Below, one piece after another: positions 26,100 through 38,885 of a stretch of 64,000 nt of DNA. The position numbers and the translations under genes are program-made. The DNA lies in NCBI GenBank assembly GCA_009602725.1, contig WELB01000026.1, positions 472,530 to 536,529 on the forward strand, in the 5' to 3' direction. Position 1 is the first letter of the stretch; the number at the start of each line of letters is the position of its first letter. Under the pieces are notes generated by a model that saw nothing but the letters and a program-made list of their open reading frames with translations, made no database searches and was not told the origin of the DNA. The DNA is from Spirogloea muscicola. Lineage: Eukaryota.

Positions 26100-27380
26100 A
26101 CGTCTTTCCGCCTGCTAGCTATTCTGACTTGCATCTACTGACCAGAGGTTACTGAGAGTCCGCTTGCTGCTGTCTCAGTCCTTAGCACTCCGGCTCCTTC
26201 AGACCTTGTCCATTTCTTTGGGCTGGCCTCTCCCACTTCTTCTCCCAGCCACCGGTTAATCTGGCCGCGCTTGCTTCTTTCATCAAGGCACTCGTTGGGT
26301 CACGTTCGATTGTGGCGCTACGGCCGCATTGATCACGCTTGTTGCACGGCACGGGGCAGATAGAAACGGCTTACTCAGAAGAAGTGGCTCTCCCAAAGGG
26401 GGCAAGGGCTGTGAGAAGCCAGCCCGAAAAGAATTGACAAGGTTCGAAGGGGCCAAACTACGAGCTAAGCAGCGACTGCGGGGCCTGAAGAGGCTATGGC
26501 AGAACGGGGGAGGATGGACCACTTAGTAGTTACTCAGAGGGATGGCTAAGCACCCTGGCGCGGGCAAAGGGGAGCCTCCACTGGCTGGCACCTTCCGACC
26601 AACATTCGCTTTGGGCTGTCTTCCAATGTAAGGCAATGTGAGACGCCACAGCCTCGCCCTCTGCCCTCGCCCTCTGCGCCCTCGCCCTCTTCCTTTATAC
26701 TTGGCCATTTGGCCTTCGTTCGTTTCAAATACACGAACTTTTCCGAAGCAGCTACGAAGGGGTCTGCAACCCTCTCCTACCCCTGCCATCCCTCCTGCCA
26801 CTGTTGCTGCCCCGATCATCCCGCAGCTCCAGAAGTGGTCGTATGACGGGTCGACAAGGCCCCCATTTGTGTGCTTTAATTCTTGTCTGAACAATGTATT
26901 GGGTGAATTGGCCACGCTTTCATTCCAAGCGCACCGCGCGCCTTCTCTCTGCAAGTTACTCCGACTAGCTGCTAATCCGGGGTTACTCTGCTCCCCTCCG
27001 CTGTAGTCTCATAGCTGTGTGGTGTAGGCGCCTTTTAGATCTTTGGACGTTGTCCATTCTGCTAGGGCTGGCCTTTCCCAGCCACCTTCTTAAATTGGGT
27101 GAGCTTCTCTCTTATTCCCTTGAGAGAGCTGCTTCTTGCAGCCATCGCCTTACTTTATAGGAGCTATTTGTTACAGTCGCCGCTCCCGCGCCCGCTTCCA
27201 TACTTGTCGATTGCCGTCCAATATTCGGGCATCAGTTTAGCGACCTCTATGTGCTGCCTCGTGGTTACTGAGCGGGTCAGCTTAGCAGCAGGTGACATAC
27301 GTCTGTCAATGTGCTTGCCTTTGTACTTGGCCACACAGGCCCTCCATCTCTTTACACACTCCTTACGCATTGGGCGCCCG
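26100..27380. mobile_element. Cluster of CRE-like 3' ends
   Basis: SDLHLLTRGY* plus a complete 3' UTR at ~26120-26275; further modules at ~26380-26530, ~26700, ~27060 and ~27240-27360. Confidence 0.75.
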
Positions 27381-28149
27381 GGCGCTGACGAGCCCAGGTC
27401 CCAGGCTGGGAGCGCTCGGGCCCAACTTCGGCCTCTTTGACTCTCTGAGTCAGCAGCCATTTAGCAGACATTTGCGCTCTACATACTGGTCAATCAGCAA
27501 TATCAAGGTCGAACTCCACAATTTGCCGATGCTTGTGGCAGAGACAGATGGCCGCTTGCTGTCAACAGCTTGGTGTCGACGTGCTTCTAGTTCGCGGCTC
27601 TCTGCTCTTGTTACTAGTAGCAGTCTTTCTTGACTAGTCCTTCTTGCAGTGGAAATCAATATATCTAGGAATACCTCATGACTTTTTCACTTTGACTTCG
27701 ATCCCACAAGACATGCTTTGCAATACCATAAATGCATAAGCCTCAGTATGACACTGCAGCGCATACAACCATAGCCAGAAATACATGAATCATATGCATG
27801 TCTGTACATGGATTGTTGACAGCAAGTTGGTCTGCAATCCCCTGCAGCTGTTGCACTCTTTTCGAGGGCCAAACTCAGACACACCTCAACAGTGAACAAA
27901 CGCAAGCATTTTTCGCAGAAGGCAGGCCAAGATGTCCCACCTGCTGCTTGCGAGGACAGGGCAAAGTCATGGGAGAAACATTTTTATACTGTGGTGGGGG
28001 CCCAAGCTGATTATGATCAGCAAGAACCTGCACAAGGACAATGTCCACTTAGTAATATAAATTTGCCCTAGCGAGTAGGCTTATTTTTGTTGATAAAGGC
28101 AGCCCACACATGACAGGAAAGTGGAAGCGGCTCCGTGTGAGAAAAGAAG

Positions 28150-30480
28150 CTCCCTCAGGGGGCAGCGGCCGTGAGCGGCCAGCCCAAAGAGGCTAGTATT
28201 TAGGCATCGATTACGACCTTTATGTGTTGATCCGTGGTTTATTGAGCGGGTCAATCTGCAGTAGGATTGTACTTCATCAGTTGTGCTTGCCCTTGTACTT
28301 GGCCATTTTGGCCTTCGAATTTCAAATTAACGAAAAGTTTCCAGAACAGGAAAGAGAGGAGCGCAATACATTTTGAAATGATATAGTGGTCAAGCCGAGC
28401 CTTTACAACTCTGTAGATGTCAAGCGTTTAGTATAGAGAGTGCAAAGAATGCGACTCAGGTCAAGCCAAAAAACAAGGTCAAGAAGAAAGCACATGACGA
28501 GGACCAAGCCAGCTGCGAGATCACCGTTGGCAAGCCTCTGCCCACGGCACTAAACGCAAAGATGCAAGAGGCAGGGGAGGCACATCGAAAGGGCGGCATA
28601 CACCTGGGCGCAGACAGCCGCCTCCGTGGCCCAGCGCGAAGCCTTGGTCCACGGCCGGCGTGCGCTGGAGCAGGCGGTGGTGGAGGTAGAAACGGGTGTG
28701 CAGCCTTTCCAGGCGTCGCTACGCTCCCCGCCCACCAGGAGCTGCTCGCGGCGCACCCGGACCTGGCGGGCCAGGCGGTCTCGTTTGCGCAACTCGCGCA
28801 CACCGCCGACCTGCGCGTCCAAGCGCGCTTCCGCAGCCGCGATGGACAAGGTCGCCTTCACCACCGCCTTGCTGCAGCTCCCGTAGGCCGACCTGCGCGG
28901 GCGCGCGAGACTCCACTCGGCCTCTTCCCCGGAAGGTGCGGCGTGGCTCCAGGCCCTCCCCCTCAACGACGCGCTCACTCTCCCGGACGGTATTTCGCAG
29001 TGCCGTCCATCGGCTCCTGGGCCTGCCGCCGCCATGCCTCCAGGGGGTGCGTCAGTGCGAATGTGGCGAGCGAGGGGCCGAGCCTGGGGAGCTGGCCGCT
29101 CATGTTCTGCGCTGTTCCCACGGCGGAGAGCGGACAGCGGCCCACGACCGCCTCCGGGATGCGATGCATGGCATCCTGGTGGAGGCTGGCTTCTCGGTGG
29201 CAGCGGAGAACTCCGTCGTCTTGCCGCTCCAGCAAAGGGCCGACGGTCTCCATGCACGTCGCGTAGACCTTGTGGCCACCCCACAAGCCGGCGGGCCACG
29301 TCTTATCCTGGACATGGTGACCATGGACGCATACGACCGCTCACACCCAGCCCAATGTGCCATCAAGGCTGGGTATGCGGTCGCCTGCGCTGCTCGAGCT
29401 AAGGAGCTCAACTTTGCTGATCATCCGCTGGAAGACGAGTTCTTCCCGCTGGCTAGCGACGCGCATGGGGCGTTGGGCGCTTGGTGGCTCGAGCCGAGGC
29501 CTTGGTGGCTCTTACTGTAGCTGTTGTAGCTACAACAGCTACAGCTAGCTGTTGTAGCTGTAGCTGTTGTTATTGTCCGTCGTGCACACAGGTGGAAGTG
29601 GTATTCATAGCTGCCATTGCCGCGCTCCTCTGCTGTGCCCCAACGCCTCCAAGAAGAAGTGGCACTCCCAGTGGGGGCAAGGGCTGTGAAAAGCCAGCCC
29701 GGAAATGAATTGACAAAGGTTCAAAGGGGCCAAATGATAGAGGGGCCTAAAAAGCACGAAGCAGCTACGAAGGGGCCTGAAGATGCTCTGTCAGAACGGG
29801 GGAGGATGGACTACTCAGTAATTACGAGTGAGGAGCCTCAAATCCGACAGACTAGCTGCTGAAAAACTATCCCCCTGACGAAAGCCGGAGGCCGCAGCGA
29901 GAGCACGGCCAGCACGCAGATGCAAGGCGTGGGCGATGGACCGCTGAAGGGAGACGGATAATCGCATACGATATACCTGAGCCCACGAGCCAGCGCTTTG
30001 AAGTCAGCCGGCTCACCGCGCCTGCGGGACACAGCGCGCCGCGCAAGCCTGGCCAGCAGGTCGAGCCACTGGGACTCGAGAGGAGGAGCAGCTCGTCCAG
30101 GAAAGATGGAGTGTGTATTGAGTGATGAAGGGCCTGAGTGGCTAAGTACAATGGCAAGCACATTTGACAGGGGGGCAAGGGGGCGAGGGCTGTGACAAGC
30201 CCACAAACGAATGAGCAAGGTCCAAAGGAGAACGGCCCGCCCATTGAGGATAGGGGCTGGAAAAAGCCAGCCCAAAAAGGAATGAAGGAAGGACGAGAGG
30301 GATTTGACCTGAGGCTGCTTAGCAGGGGTTACTGAGAAATACGTAGCTGCTTTGTTTCTTGTTGTGCTTGTTTTTCTTAGCGCTTCCCCTGGCCCCCTTC
30401 TCGTACTTTGTTCCTTCTTTGGGTTGGCTTTTCCAGCCCCTATCCTCACTGGGCGAGCCCTTTCTTCACATCGAAAGAGA
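28150..30480. mobile_element. Cluster of CRE-like elements, including the longest copy (~28600-29495, +: post-RT region, CCHC knuckle, RLE)
   Basis: GAAWLQALP...QCECG...AHVLRCSHGGERTAAHDRLRD...RRVDLV...LILDMVT...AKE..FFPLASDAHGALG is the Zn-knuckle/RHD/PD-(D/E)xK-like layout of RLE-type non-LTR elements. Frameshifted. Confidence 0.85.
29515..29575. repeat. (TGTAGC)n-like microsatellite at the truncation point of a retroelement copy
   Basis: ctgtagctgttgtagctacaacagctacagctagctgttgtagctgtagctg. Confidence 0.6.
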
Positions 30481-30726
30481 GGAAGACGCATATCAGTGAC
30501 CGTTAGGCAGCAACAATGGCGGCATCGGGACGGTAGTGGGACGATTGGCGCATGTAGCGAGAGCCCACGTTCTCGAGGCGCAGGCCCGGCGGCGGCGGCG
30601 CGGCGGCCGCGGCGGCGGCGGTGCGGAGGCCAGTGCCGCTGGAGGTCCACTAGAGGCGGAGAGAAGTGTGGTGCCGGACGAGCCCAGGGGCGCGCGCCGG
30701 CGCCACGGGCTCTGCCTGCAGCCGCC

Positions 30727-32245
30727 ATGGGCGTGGCGGACGACTTCCGGGCGGTCGTCACCACCTTCCGCGCCGAGTACCGCAAGACGCCCGTGAAGCT
30801 CAAGGTGGCTCTCGCGCGCCGCGCCGTGGTTGTGTCCGTCTTGGCATGGCCCGGTCCCGCTGCTCGACGGCGTCGCCGTTGCCGTCATAACCTCAGTGGG
30901 AACGCTTTGAGTCGCCGTCTCCGGCACTCGTGTCAGCTGCAGGGCGGCGCACAATGGCGGGCGCTCCTGCCACAGCCATGTGGAGGGCAGCGCCGATGCT
31001 GCTGACTGCATTTTGACGGGGCCCGCCTTAGGCCCTGGCCAGGGCGACCCAAGTGCTGAACCCTAGCCTCCTTCGGCGATCGCAGATGCTGGACCTGTTC
31101 CTTGCGTACGCCCTCTCCACGGCGCTGGTTCAGGTCAGCGATGGCTTGGCCTCGAGAAGCCGGCATTGGGGCCTGCCTGCCCTCCTGCTACGCCCTTTGG
31201 CAGACTAGGGCTCATGGCACCTCCCCCGTAGTTGCTGTTCTCTATAATAGCACCTGCAGTCGCTTGCACTTCAAAACAGCTTCAGGAGACAGGATGTGGT
31301 GTCCGTCAGATCGCTGGCGAAAGCGAATCAATGCTGACAGGATCGTGGGACCTGCAAACTCGTTCGCAGTTTGTGTACATGGCTCTGGTTGGCTCCTTCC
31401 CATTCAACTCGTTTCTGGCCGGCATCTTCTGCTGCATAGGCACTGGCGTTTTGGCAGGTAGCTACTGCATTCTATCACCTACTGCAATCTATCTGCAACC
31501 CGTCATGAAGGATCCTTAGCTTGTGCTCAATACCCTGAGCATGCCAGTTGCCCTGCCTGGTAATATCTGGGGCGGGGCTTGCGGTAACCTGGAATGTGGT
31601 CACCAGGGTCAGCTTTGGGTGCAGGCTTTCTGTGTCTTCCTCTTCACGTGCCGACTTTAACTTTTGGCATGCACGTACAAAATCAAGGGGCAATTGGTAT
31701 AGAGTTTTCGTTTGCATGACCACTTCCATGCGTCCTGGCAAGTCTTTTCAGAGTCATTCTGGACTGCAAAGTGACTGGCCTCCTCTCCCTCTCTCCTGCC
31801 CTGTCTCTGGCAGTGTGCCTACGGATGCAGGTCAACAAGGAGAACAAGGAGTTTAAGGTACAGCAAGTTGCTCCGCCTTCTTGCTGCAATGTAGAGTAGC
31901 GTAGGTGCCATGCAACTCAAAAACGGACCTGCCTTTGTTCTTTTCTGGAATGAATTCATGCACATGCTCCGAATGCTGGAAACATTGCATCTTCAATCTG
32001 AAACTATGACCAAGGGACCTCGGGAAGCCCTCCTTGTAGGCAGGTGTTAAGCTCACGCATCAACATGTCCTTGTCATCCTCATCACTAATTGATCATATG
32101 CAAGAGAGGGATGAGTTTCGAGTATCGCATATATCAACTCAGCGCATTCTTTGATGTGCAGGACTTGGCACCCGAGCAGGCCTTTGCCGACTATGTTTTG
32201 TGCAATTTGGTGCTCTTCTTTGTAGTTATCAACTTCATTGGTTGA
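30727..32245 (+). CDS. DAD1: Oligosaccharyltransferase subunit DAD1/OST2, 5 exons
   Basis: MGVADDF..YRKTPVKLK|MLDLFLAYALSTALVQ|FVYMALVGSFPFNSFLAGIFCCIGTGVLA|VCLRMQVNKENKEFK|DLAPEQAFADYVLCNLVLFFVVINFIG*. Confidence 0.97.
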
Positions 32246-32616
32246 GCCTTAATTTATACGGGCTGCCTGCCTTCCGCTTTCAGCAATCTTGTTCTTAGCG
32301 TTCCAACCCAATCATGTGATTCAAGGTTCGTTCTTCATCAGGTGACAAGGATGAGAGGTCTTTGTGGTTGACAGATACTTTCTGGTGAGTGTGCTCACAC
32401 AAGTGAACACAAGCTTGTAGAAAGCATGTGGAGTGATCAACAAGGGTCCGGATCTAAGGACGGTCATGCATTATCCACCTCATTGTGTTGCCAAGACGTT
32501 GCAATGTTGGTACCAAGCATTGCCCACCTTGGCTATGTAACTTTAGCAAAAGCCTACTGCCGATGATTGTGTGCCTGACCTACTTATCCTTCCAAGCTCG
32601 TACTAAGCGGAATGTA

Positions 32617-35600
32617 TCAACATTGAAGCTGCTTGAGATGAGTGACAGGCTGCATCTGTGTGAGGAACTCAGAAAAATCAGCCTCGAGCGCTGAAAACTC
32701 TACTGTGACGCTAACATGCGCAACCGGATCCTCCACATAGCACCAAGCCGGCTGCATCCCTTCCTCCTGACGTTTGATGGGCGCCTGACATATGACATAA
32801 GCAGAGTACTCTGACTGAGACAGTGTGTGTATACACAATCAGAAAGAGAAATCTGGCGTTAATCGGTGACAACAGAGAGCAAGACAAGGTACTGGAATGA
32901 GTCGGTAACAAGACATACAATTGCTGTTGTAGTCGTACATGAGATACACGAGCACAGGCGGACATGCACGCACCTGTTTTACTGAAAATGTGTGGAGCAT
33001 TGCGCATGGTACAATAGGGGCTTCGCCTAGGTGAATGCGCACTGGCTGACTACAGAACCAGGCAATTCGCCCAGAGACGTCCCAAATGATACAGTCGATT
33101 ATACATCCCCCTATAATTGCTCCAGAGAAAACCTCAGTCCGCCAGGGGATTTTGAGAGTGCCTTCCTTGACCTGCCAATCTCCAAATAGACAAAGCAGCA
33201 TAACAAAATGTAGACTCTATGAGTTTCTGGGCCATAGAGGCTGGTCGAAAGGAGGTGTCTTAACCTCAGTTGCTGTAAACTGTTGTATGTGCCATGGCAC
33301 AAGCACCAGAAGGCGTGGAAAACTTGGTACATTTGAGTATGACTAAGATGACACATGATCAGCTTGAGAGCAAAGTGCAGCCTTCCACTTAGACTACACA
33401 CTATCAGCTCGAGTGAAAAAGGCAGCTGCCTGTTGTGAGCAACAATCAGTGAAACAGATGTGAGCTCAATGTAAGCAGTCTAGAGAGCTTTGGAGTACCT
33501 GTGAGCACTTGGCTTTTGACTCCTGCAAGCATACACAACCAATACTGCATGTGAATCTAAAGTTGCTCCATCTTGCTTTCCTAGCGTGCATCACAACGTC
33601 CTAACATCATTGGCAGAGAGACCCTTTATCTGATAGATGAGGTCTTTGAGAGGGCGGGGCAAATTGTCATGACCAGAACTTTATGTAATTTCTTAGAGGG
33701 CCAGGCACATTATCATAAACGAAACAATGACAGAAGCAGTGCTGCAATTTCAAGAACACACAGAAGAGTCAGGCCAGACATTGGATCCCTTGGACTGTAT
33801 GGCTTAAGAATCACTGAAGTAAGAAGGCTCATCAATCTGACCAACTTGTGGAGGCCCTGCCACCAAATTTGGCCGAAAGTTCGAAGGTGTACGGTCTGAG
33901 TAGCAGCCAACTTCAGTCCTCAGCTTTGACGAGATGGCACAGTGGAAGCAGTCCTTCATGTTCAACTTTCAAGTCTTGCTTGTCTCACTTCCTGTGTCTC
34001 ATGTAAGTACTGTCACTGACTGCCATCACACATGCTGAGGCCTCACTTCAGAGATGCCAACGTGCTGAGGTAAATATGGACAGAGAACAGCAGGTGTGGG
34101 AGCATACTATTAAGCAGGATCGGGTGGAAGCATTGGGGCAAGAAGCCAGCCTCCTCCTTACGCTGGTCCCCGCCCTGAGAACCTGTAAAATGTCCTCCAA
34201 GTTGAGGTTGACCACCAGCAGAACAATCTGGGGGATGTAAGATTTCGACTGCATCAGCATATTTAGTAAGGGTCATTTATTGCATTCTTAAACCAGGGTT
34301 TATCCATTTAAATCATATAAAAGAGACTAACTATATAGCTGCAGCAAGTGTTAAGAAGCACTTGACTATACAGCCACTTGAGTCCAGCTTAGCAGGCACT
34401 CCTGTAGCATCTTTTCAAAATCCCAGCCTGTTACCTGCTCACTCAATGTTTTGCTGGCAGCGTCCTTCTCCGGCAGGGTGCCTAAGACTATGCTGCCCAG
34501 CAGTGCTCCTGTTTGCCCCATCTTCTGATATGATGAGCTAGCCCACAAGTCATCCTCCATGCTGTTGTCTGTCCAATTGCGCCCCTCACAAGTATTTTCG
34601 CCCTCCGCTTCTCGTTCTCCAGTCATGCAGGGGCTCGAGGTATCAATGCCAATGGTTCCACAGGAATATTCCCACAACCTTGCGAAGCTAAATTTCAGAG
34701 GGGCCTTGCCAGGAGCGTCTGGCCAACTCGGCTGCAAGCCTTGAGCAATGGATTCCCCATTGACCTTCATAAGGACCTCTGTCGCCATCAGCACCGGGCT
34801 GACGACTACAACTTCAAGAGACGCAAGACCCCTTAATGTAAAGTTGGCACTGAGCCTGGCCGGAGGAAGGCGGAGCGACACAGACGTTGGGAAGATGGTC
34901 ACGGCAGAGGTTGGAAGGAGCGCTCTTGTGTATGACTGCCAGGGTGACGACACGGGCTGCTTCCACTTATGCAAGCGAATCTCAAACCGCAGGCCCAGCT
35001 TGCGAACGTTGTTGGCAGTGGCCTCCACATTGATGAGCGGGCCCCTGTTGCCTGTCAAGGGCACCACAGACCTGGGTCGTCAATGCACAACTGCATATGT
35101 ACACCAACAACAAAGAGCAGAGGCAAAGTTAGTGGGACACAAGTCAAACACAATATGTAACCTGCATTACACTTTGCGATGGTATCAACAAAGGCCTGTA
35201 TTGAGGTATTGAATCGTTAATCAGATTGGCAGCTGATATGGACGCTGTAGAGGGCGCCCCACGGCTCACCGAAGGCTGCAAGTGGGACAGACTGCTCCAG
35301 CTGGGCCAGCCGAGCCTCCTGCATCCTGGCGCGGCCCCGCTGGTACTGAGTGATGAACGCGGCTCTGCTGCTCCCGTCCTCCAAGGCTGCCAGCGTGAGG
35401 TGCGCCGCCCAGCAGGCCAGCCATAGATAAGGAGGCAGGCTCGGAAGATCACAGACTCACATCCCCAGTGGGCAGCCGAGCACTGGAGATGCAGAGTTAG
35501 CAGCGTCTGAGCTCGAAGCACATCAATTGTGGGGCCTGAGCTCGGCAGTGCTTGCCTGTGCCCGGCCACCATTTCTGCAGCACGACGCCCCAAGTGGCGT

Positions 35601-35913
35601 CGTCCCGCAGCACGTCGCGCCACGCGCGGCAGACGCCGGAGGCGGCCGCCAGGTCGTACGCCGACTGGAGGCGGACCAAGCAGAGCTGCACCGCGACGGG
35701 GTGCTGCGTGCACGCCACCGCCCCGTCCGGCATTGGCGACGACGCTTTGGCGAGGCCCTTAGAAGGCACGCCAATTGGGCGCTGCGACAGCCGAATCCCT
35801 CGTCGAGAGCCGCCACTGAGCTCTGCGCCCGGCGGCGGCGGCGGCGGCGGCGGCGTCTCCTCGGCGGCGCGCGAGGGACGGCCCGCCGGGGGCCGCCTCG
35901 AGCGCGCGGCCAT
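32617..35913 (-). CDS. F-box protein with FBXO15-like C-terminus (3' exons uncertain, may be partly degenerate)
   Basis: F-box-like segment VQLCLVRLQSAYDLAAASGVCRAWRDVLRDDATW, a large exon at 34430-35070, and an exon GTLKIPWRTEVFSGAIIGGCIIDCIIWDVSGRIAWFCSQPV resembling the FBXO15 C-terminal region as I recall it. Confidence 0.55.
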
Positions 35914-36189
35914 CGTAAGGGCGGCACCGCTGAACGCCCACGAGCAGCACACGGTCGTCGGGAGCGGGCAGGCCTTCTGGCGGAGGCCCGCCGGGCCGGC
36001 GCCCGCTGGCGGCGCTGGCGGCAGCCGGCAGTCGCGCGCGGCTCGCCTGCAGGCCACGCCACTGCGGGCTTCGTGCTCAGAATCAGAAGGTACAGATGCG
36101 GCTGCTGATATCATCAGAGCGGCCGTCAGAGGCCAGCCAGATGCAGCAGGTGAGTGTGCAGAAGGTAAGCGTGCGGCTGCTGGTGTTAC

Positions 36190-36260
36190 AAGGTCCCAGT
36201 TTCTCCGGCCTGCGGCTGCTTAGCAGGGGTTACTGAGTGTTTCGTAGCTGCTTGACTCCA
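36190..36260 (+). mobile_element. Short CRE-like 3' fragment upstream of the F-box gene
   Basis: CCTGCGGCTGCTTAGCAGGGGTTACTGAGTG..CGTAGCTGCTT is near-identical to ~52525-52570 and ~30305-30352. Confidence 0.75.
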
Positions 36261-37206
36261 TGTGTGTATTACAAGAGCGGCTGGTAAAGCCTGGCAGGTG
36301 CTTCCAGAGGTGAGGAAGGCGCGCGGGTGCTCATGAAATGAAACGGTGGCCACTTCAAACAAAGTACATTGTTCGGGCAAAACGTAACGCACAAACTGGG
36401 GCTACACGAAACGAAGCCCTATGATAAGGTTGCTAAGATAGCAGTGTGACGTTGATACCCACGGATGAGCATATCCCGAATATTAACTTTCCGATACTGC
36501 CGCGCTGCCACAGCATCGGATTGTGGAAGTCGAACACCGGTGAAGTCTGATTTGGAGTCTGCTGATGATGAAAGTCTATGCACTCCTTTAACATAAGTAA
36601 AATCATAGAAGCAAGACTTGTAAGGAGTCTGGTGCAGTTGTCAGCAATAGTCTACTCTTTACAGAAGCTGCCCTCTCTCTTCATTGGCTGATGGCAGCTA
36701 CATGTGTTGCTTGTCATTCCTGACATGCTTGCCCTCTGCGCCAGAAGGCCTCTCGCCTGAATGCATAGCAGGCACTCTCTCTGATCAATTATCACGTTTG
36801 TGCATGTTGTGCACCACAGAAAACTCCTCGAGCATTGGGCTTCTGGATATCACCCAGATGCCAAGAGCTTTAATAATGCACAAAAGGACGTCCAATCAGA
36901 GAGAGACGCCGTGTACAACCCCTCAATATCCTAAACTAGGTGACTAGCTACAGTCTCTACAAGATGGAGTGGAAGTGCAAGGTGCTGCCTAAGGGGCCTG
37001 CAGAAGGGCCCTCTGAGGAGTTGCCCGAAGCTGCGAAACTAGGCACTGCAATTGCTTATTAAAGCAAGCTCCACTTTAGGTCATTGAGCAATGTAAGGGT
37101 GTTTCAAAGTTTCTGAGTGAAGGCACACCAGCAAAACATACTGGCGTGGAACGAAAAATTTGACAATGCTTCCCGTCTCTTTCACTGGGTCGTCCTGATC
37201 TGTCTG

Positions 37207-38650
37207 TCAAACCTCGTCCTCGTTAAGCAGCATATTAGGGATGCCTTTGCTGACTGGAAATCTTCGTCCAGTCTCCGGGCATATCAACGCGCCTTCTTCT
37301 AAGTGCACCTGAGAACAGATTGTCAATGTATGTGAAGAGAGAACCTTCTGTGAAAAGTTTACACACTGAAGATGCGGCTGAGGATGACTTTGACCAGCAA
37401 AAATCTTGGACAATGTAGCATGTATTATGTAGTCTTTCATCCCCAGTAGGCACATGCCTAGCTAGAGTATATGACAGCCCCTCCTGACAGTGAACAATGC
37501 CTGCTTGATTCAGGGGATGGATTGACATTTCAGTCAGCAGTGTGGCCACGTGACACCGCTCACCTCCAGCAGCGCATGGTGGAAAGTGCGCAGGAATGTC
37601 TCGTCCTCTAGCATGGCCGGCTCCACCTGCTCCGGGAGCCCCTCCAGCCCGAGCTGCACAGAGCAGCACACGAGAAATGTCAAAGGAAGAGAGGCAGCTC
37701 AGGGGTAGCAAGCACGCGGACTTGTGCGTAGGTGAAGTATCAAGTGAGACAACAGAGAGTCGTGAGCTGATGGGTGGTCTGCAGCTTAGCACCTGCCACT
37801 CGAAACGACCAAGCTCAGAAGAAGGGAGAGCCTGGGCCTCGGCCCTTGTGCGCTTGCTTTTTTCTGCAACTGAGGTAGCAGCGAGCAGAGGACAGAGGAA
37901 AGGGGGGTGGGAAGGGGGAGCGGGGGGTAGTGAAAGGCGGCGCTTGACTAGCTCTGTTGAGGGACTAAGAAAAGGCCGCTGGCATCTCAAGGCATCTCTG
38001 TGTGAAGGAGGTCTCCAGCATAGAACCGGCCACTGCAGATTACCAAGCTTTGAAGAGAGGAAAGCGTGAGCCTTGACCCTTGTGCACTTTCCTACTTTCT
38101 GCAACTTGAGGTAATGGCGACAGGAGGGAGAGAGGGGGGGACTGAGCACGAGCTTCTGTGGAGGGACATGATGAGCGCTGCTGGCATACGTCTTACACAA
38201 CCAGTGCTGCTTGCAGGGCTAAGTCGCCCCACTATTACTTAAACCCCTGCAAGGCACCACCTGGGCTTCACAAAAACCAGGCAGCCAGACGCACGAGGCG
38301 CTGCTGCACAGACAGCGCAGTAGCAGAAGGCCACGCAGATGCTCGTACGCCGAGGTCCACATCCTCCAGCTCGTCTACTGCGAGAGACTCGCAAAGGGGG
38401 CTTGTCCGGGTTGCTCGTCAAGCAGGCGGCACCGTCTGGAGGTGGCGAAGCTGCGAGAGCCACGTAGTCATACCGAGACGGCGGCGTCGTGGAAGGCCTT
38501 CCAGTCCAGCTTGGGATACATGTGGCGCAGGAAGGAGGGGTTGAAGTCGGCGTCGCGGGCCTCCAGCCGCGCCGCCTCGATGCGCAGCGGGAAGCCCTTG
38601 GTCACGCCGCGCGCGTTGCACGTCAGCATGTTGTGCGTCAAGAGCCTCAT
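37207..38650 (-). CDS. TRM112: Methyltransferase activator TRM112, 3 exons
   Basis: [88 protein letters not shown]. Confidence 0.97.
37690..38140 (-). ncRNA. Two diverged tandem ~200-nt units in TRM112 intron 1; candidate structured RNA or cassette exon
   Basis: Shared TACCTCA(A)GTTGCAGAAA..G(C/T)GCACAAGGG..AGCTTGGT..AGTGGC..AGACC. Each unit has its own complementary ends. Confidence 0.35.
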
Positions 38651-38804
38651 CTCCGCCGCCAGCCGCCGCCGCCGCCGCCGTCGGGCGGCGGCGGCTGTCG
38701 GGCACCGGCGCGCCTCCCGCTTGGCGGCTGCTTTGCTTCTGCCACACTTAGGCTCCGTTTCATGCTCGCCAGACACTGGATACGCCAGAAACTGAGGCAA
38801 TGAG

Positions 38805-38885
38805 AGGATTAACTGGTGGCTGGGAGAAGAAGTGGCTGGGAGAGGCCAGCCCAAAAGAATGGACAAGGTCTGAAGGAGTCGGCCC
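38805..38885 (-). mobile_element. Isolated CRE-like 3'-UTR module upstream of TRM112
   Basis: GATTAACTGGTGGCTGGGAG..AGGCCAGCCCAAAAGAATGGACAAGGTCTGAAGGAGTCGG, as at ~3140-3215 and ~46500-46590. Confidence 0.75.

Noticed and set aside
37690..38140. Identity as SRP RNA, RNase P/MRP, telomerase RNA, snRNA or TPP riboswitch
   Set aside because: Diagnostic motifs (helix-8 GNRA loop, CR-I/CR-V, CCCTAAA template, Sm site) are not present in both copies.
37235..38200. 321-aa ORF across the TRM112 introns
   Set aside because: It overlaps true exons out of frame, and differences between its two internal repeats are mostly non-synonymous.
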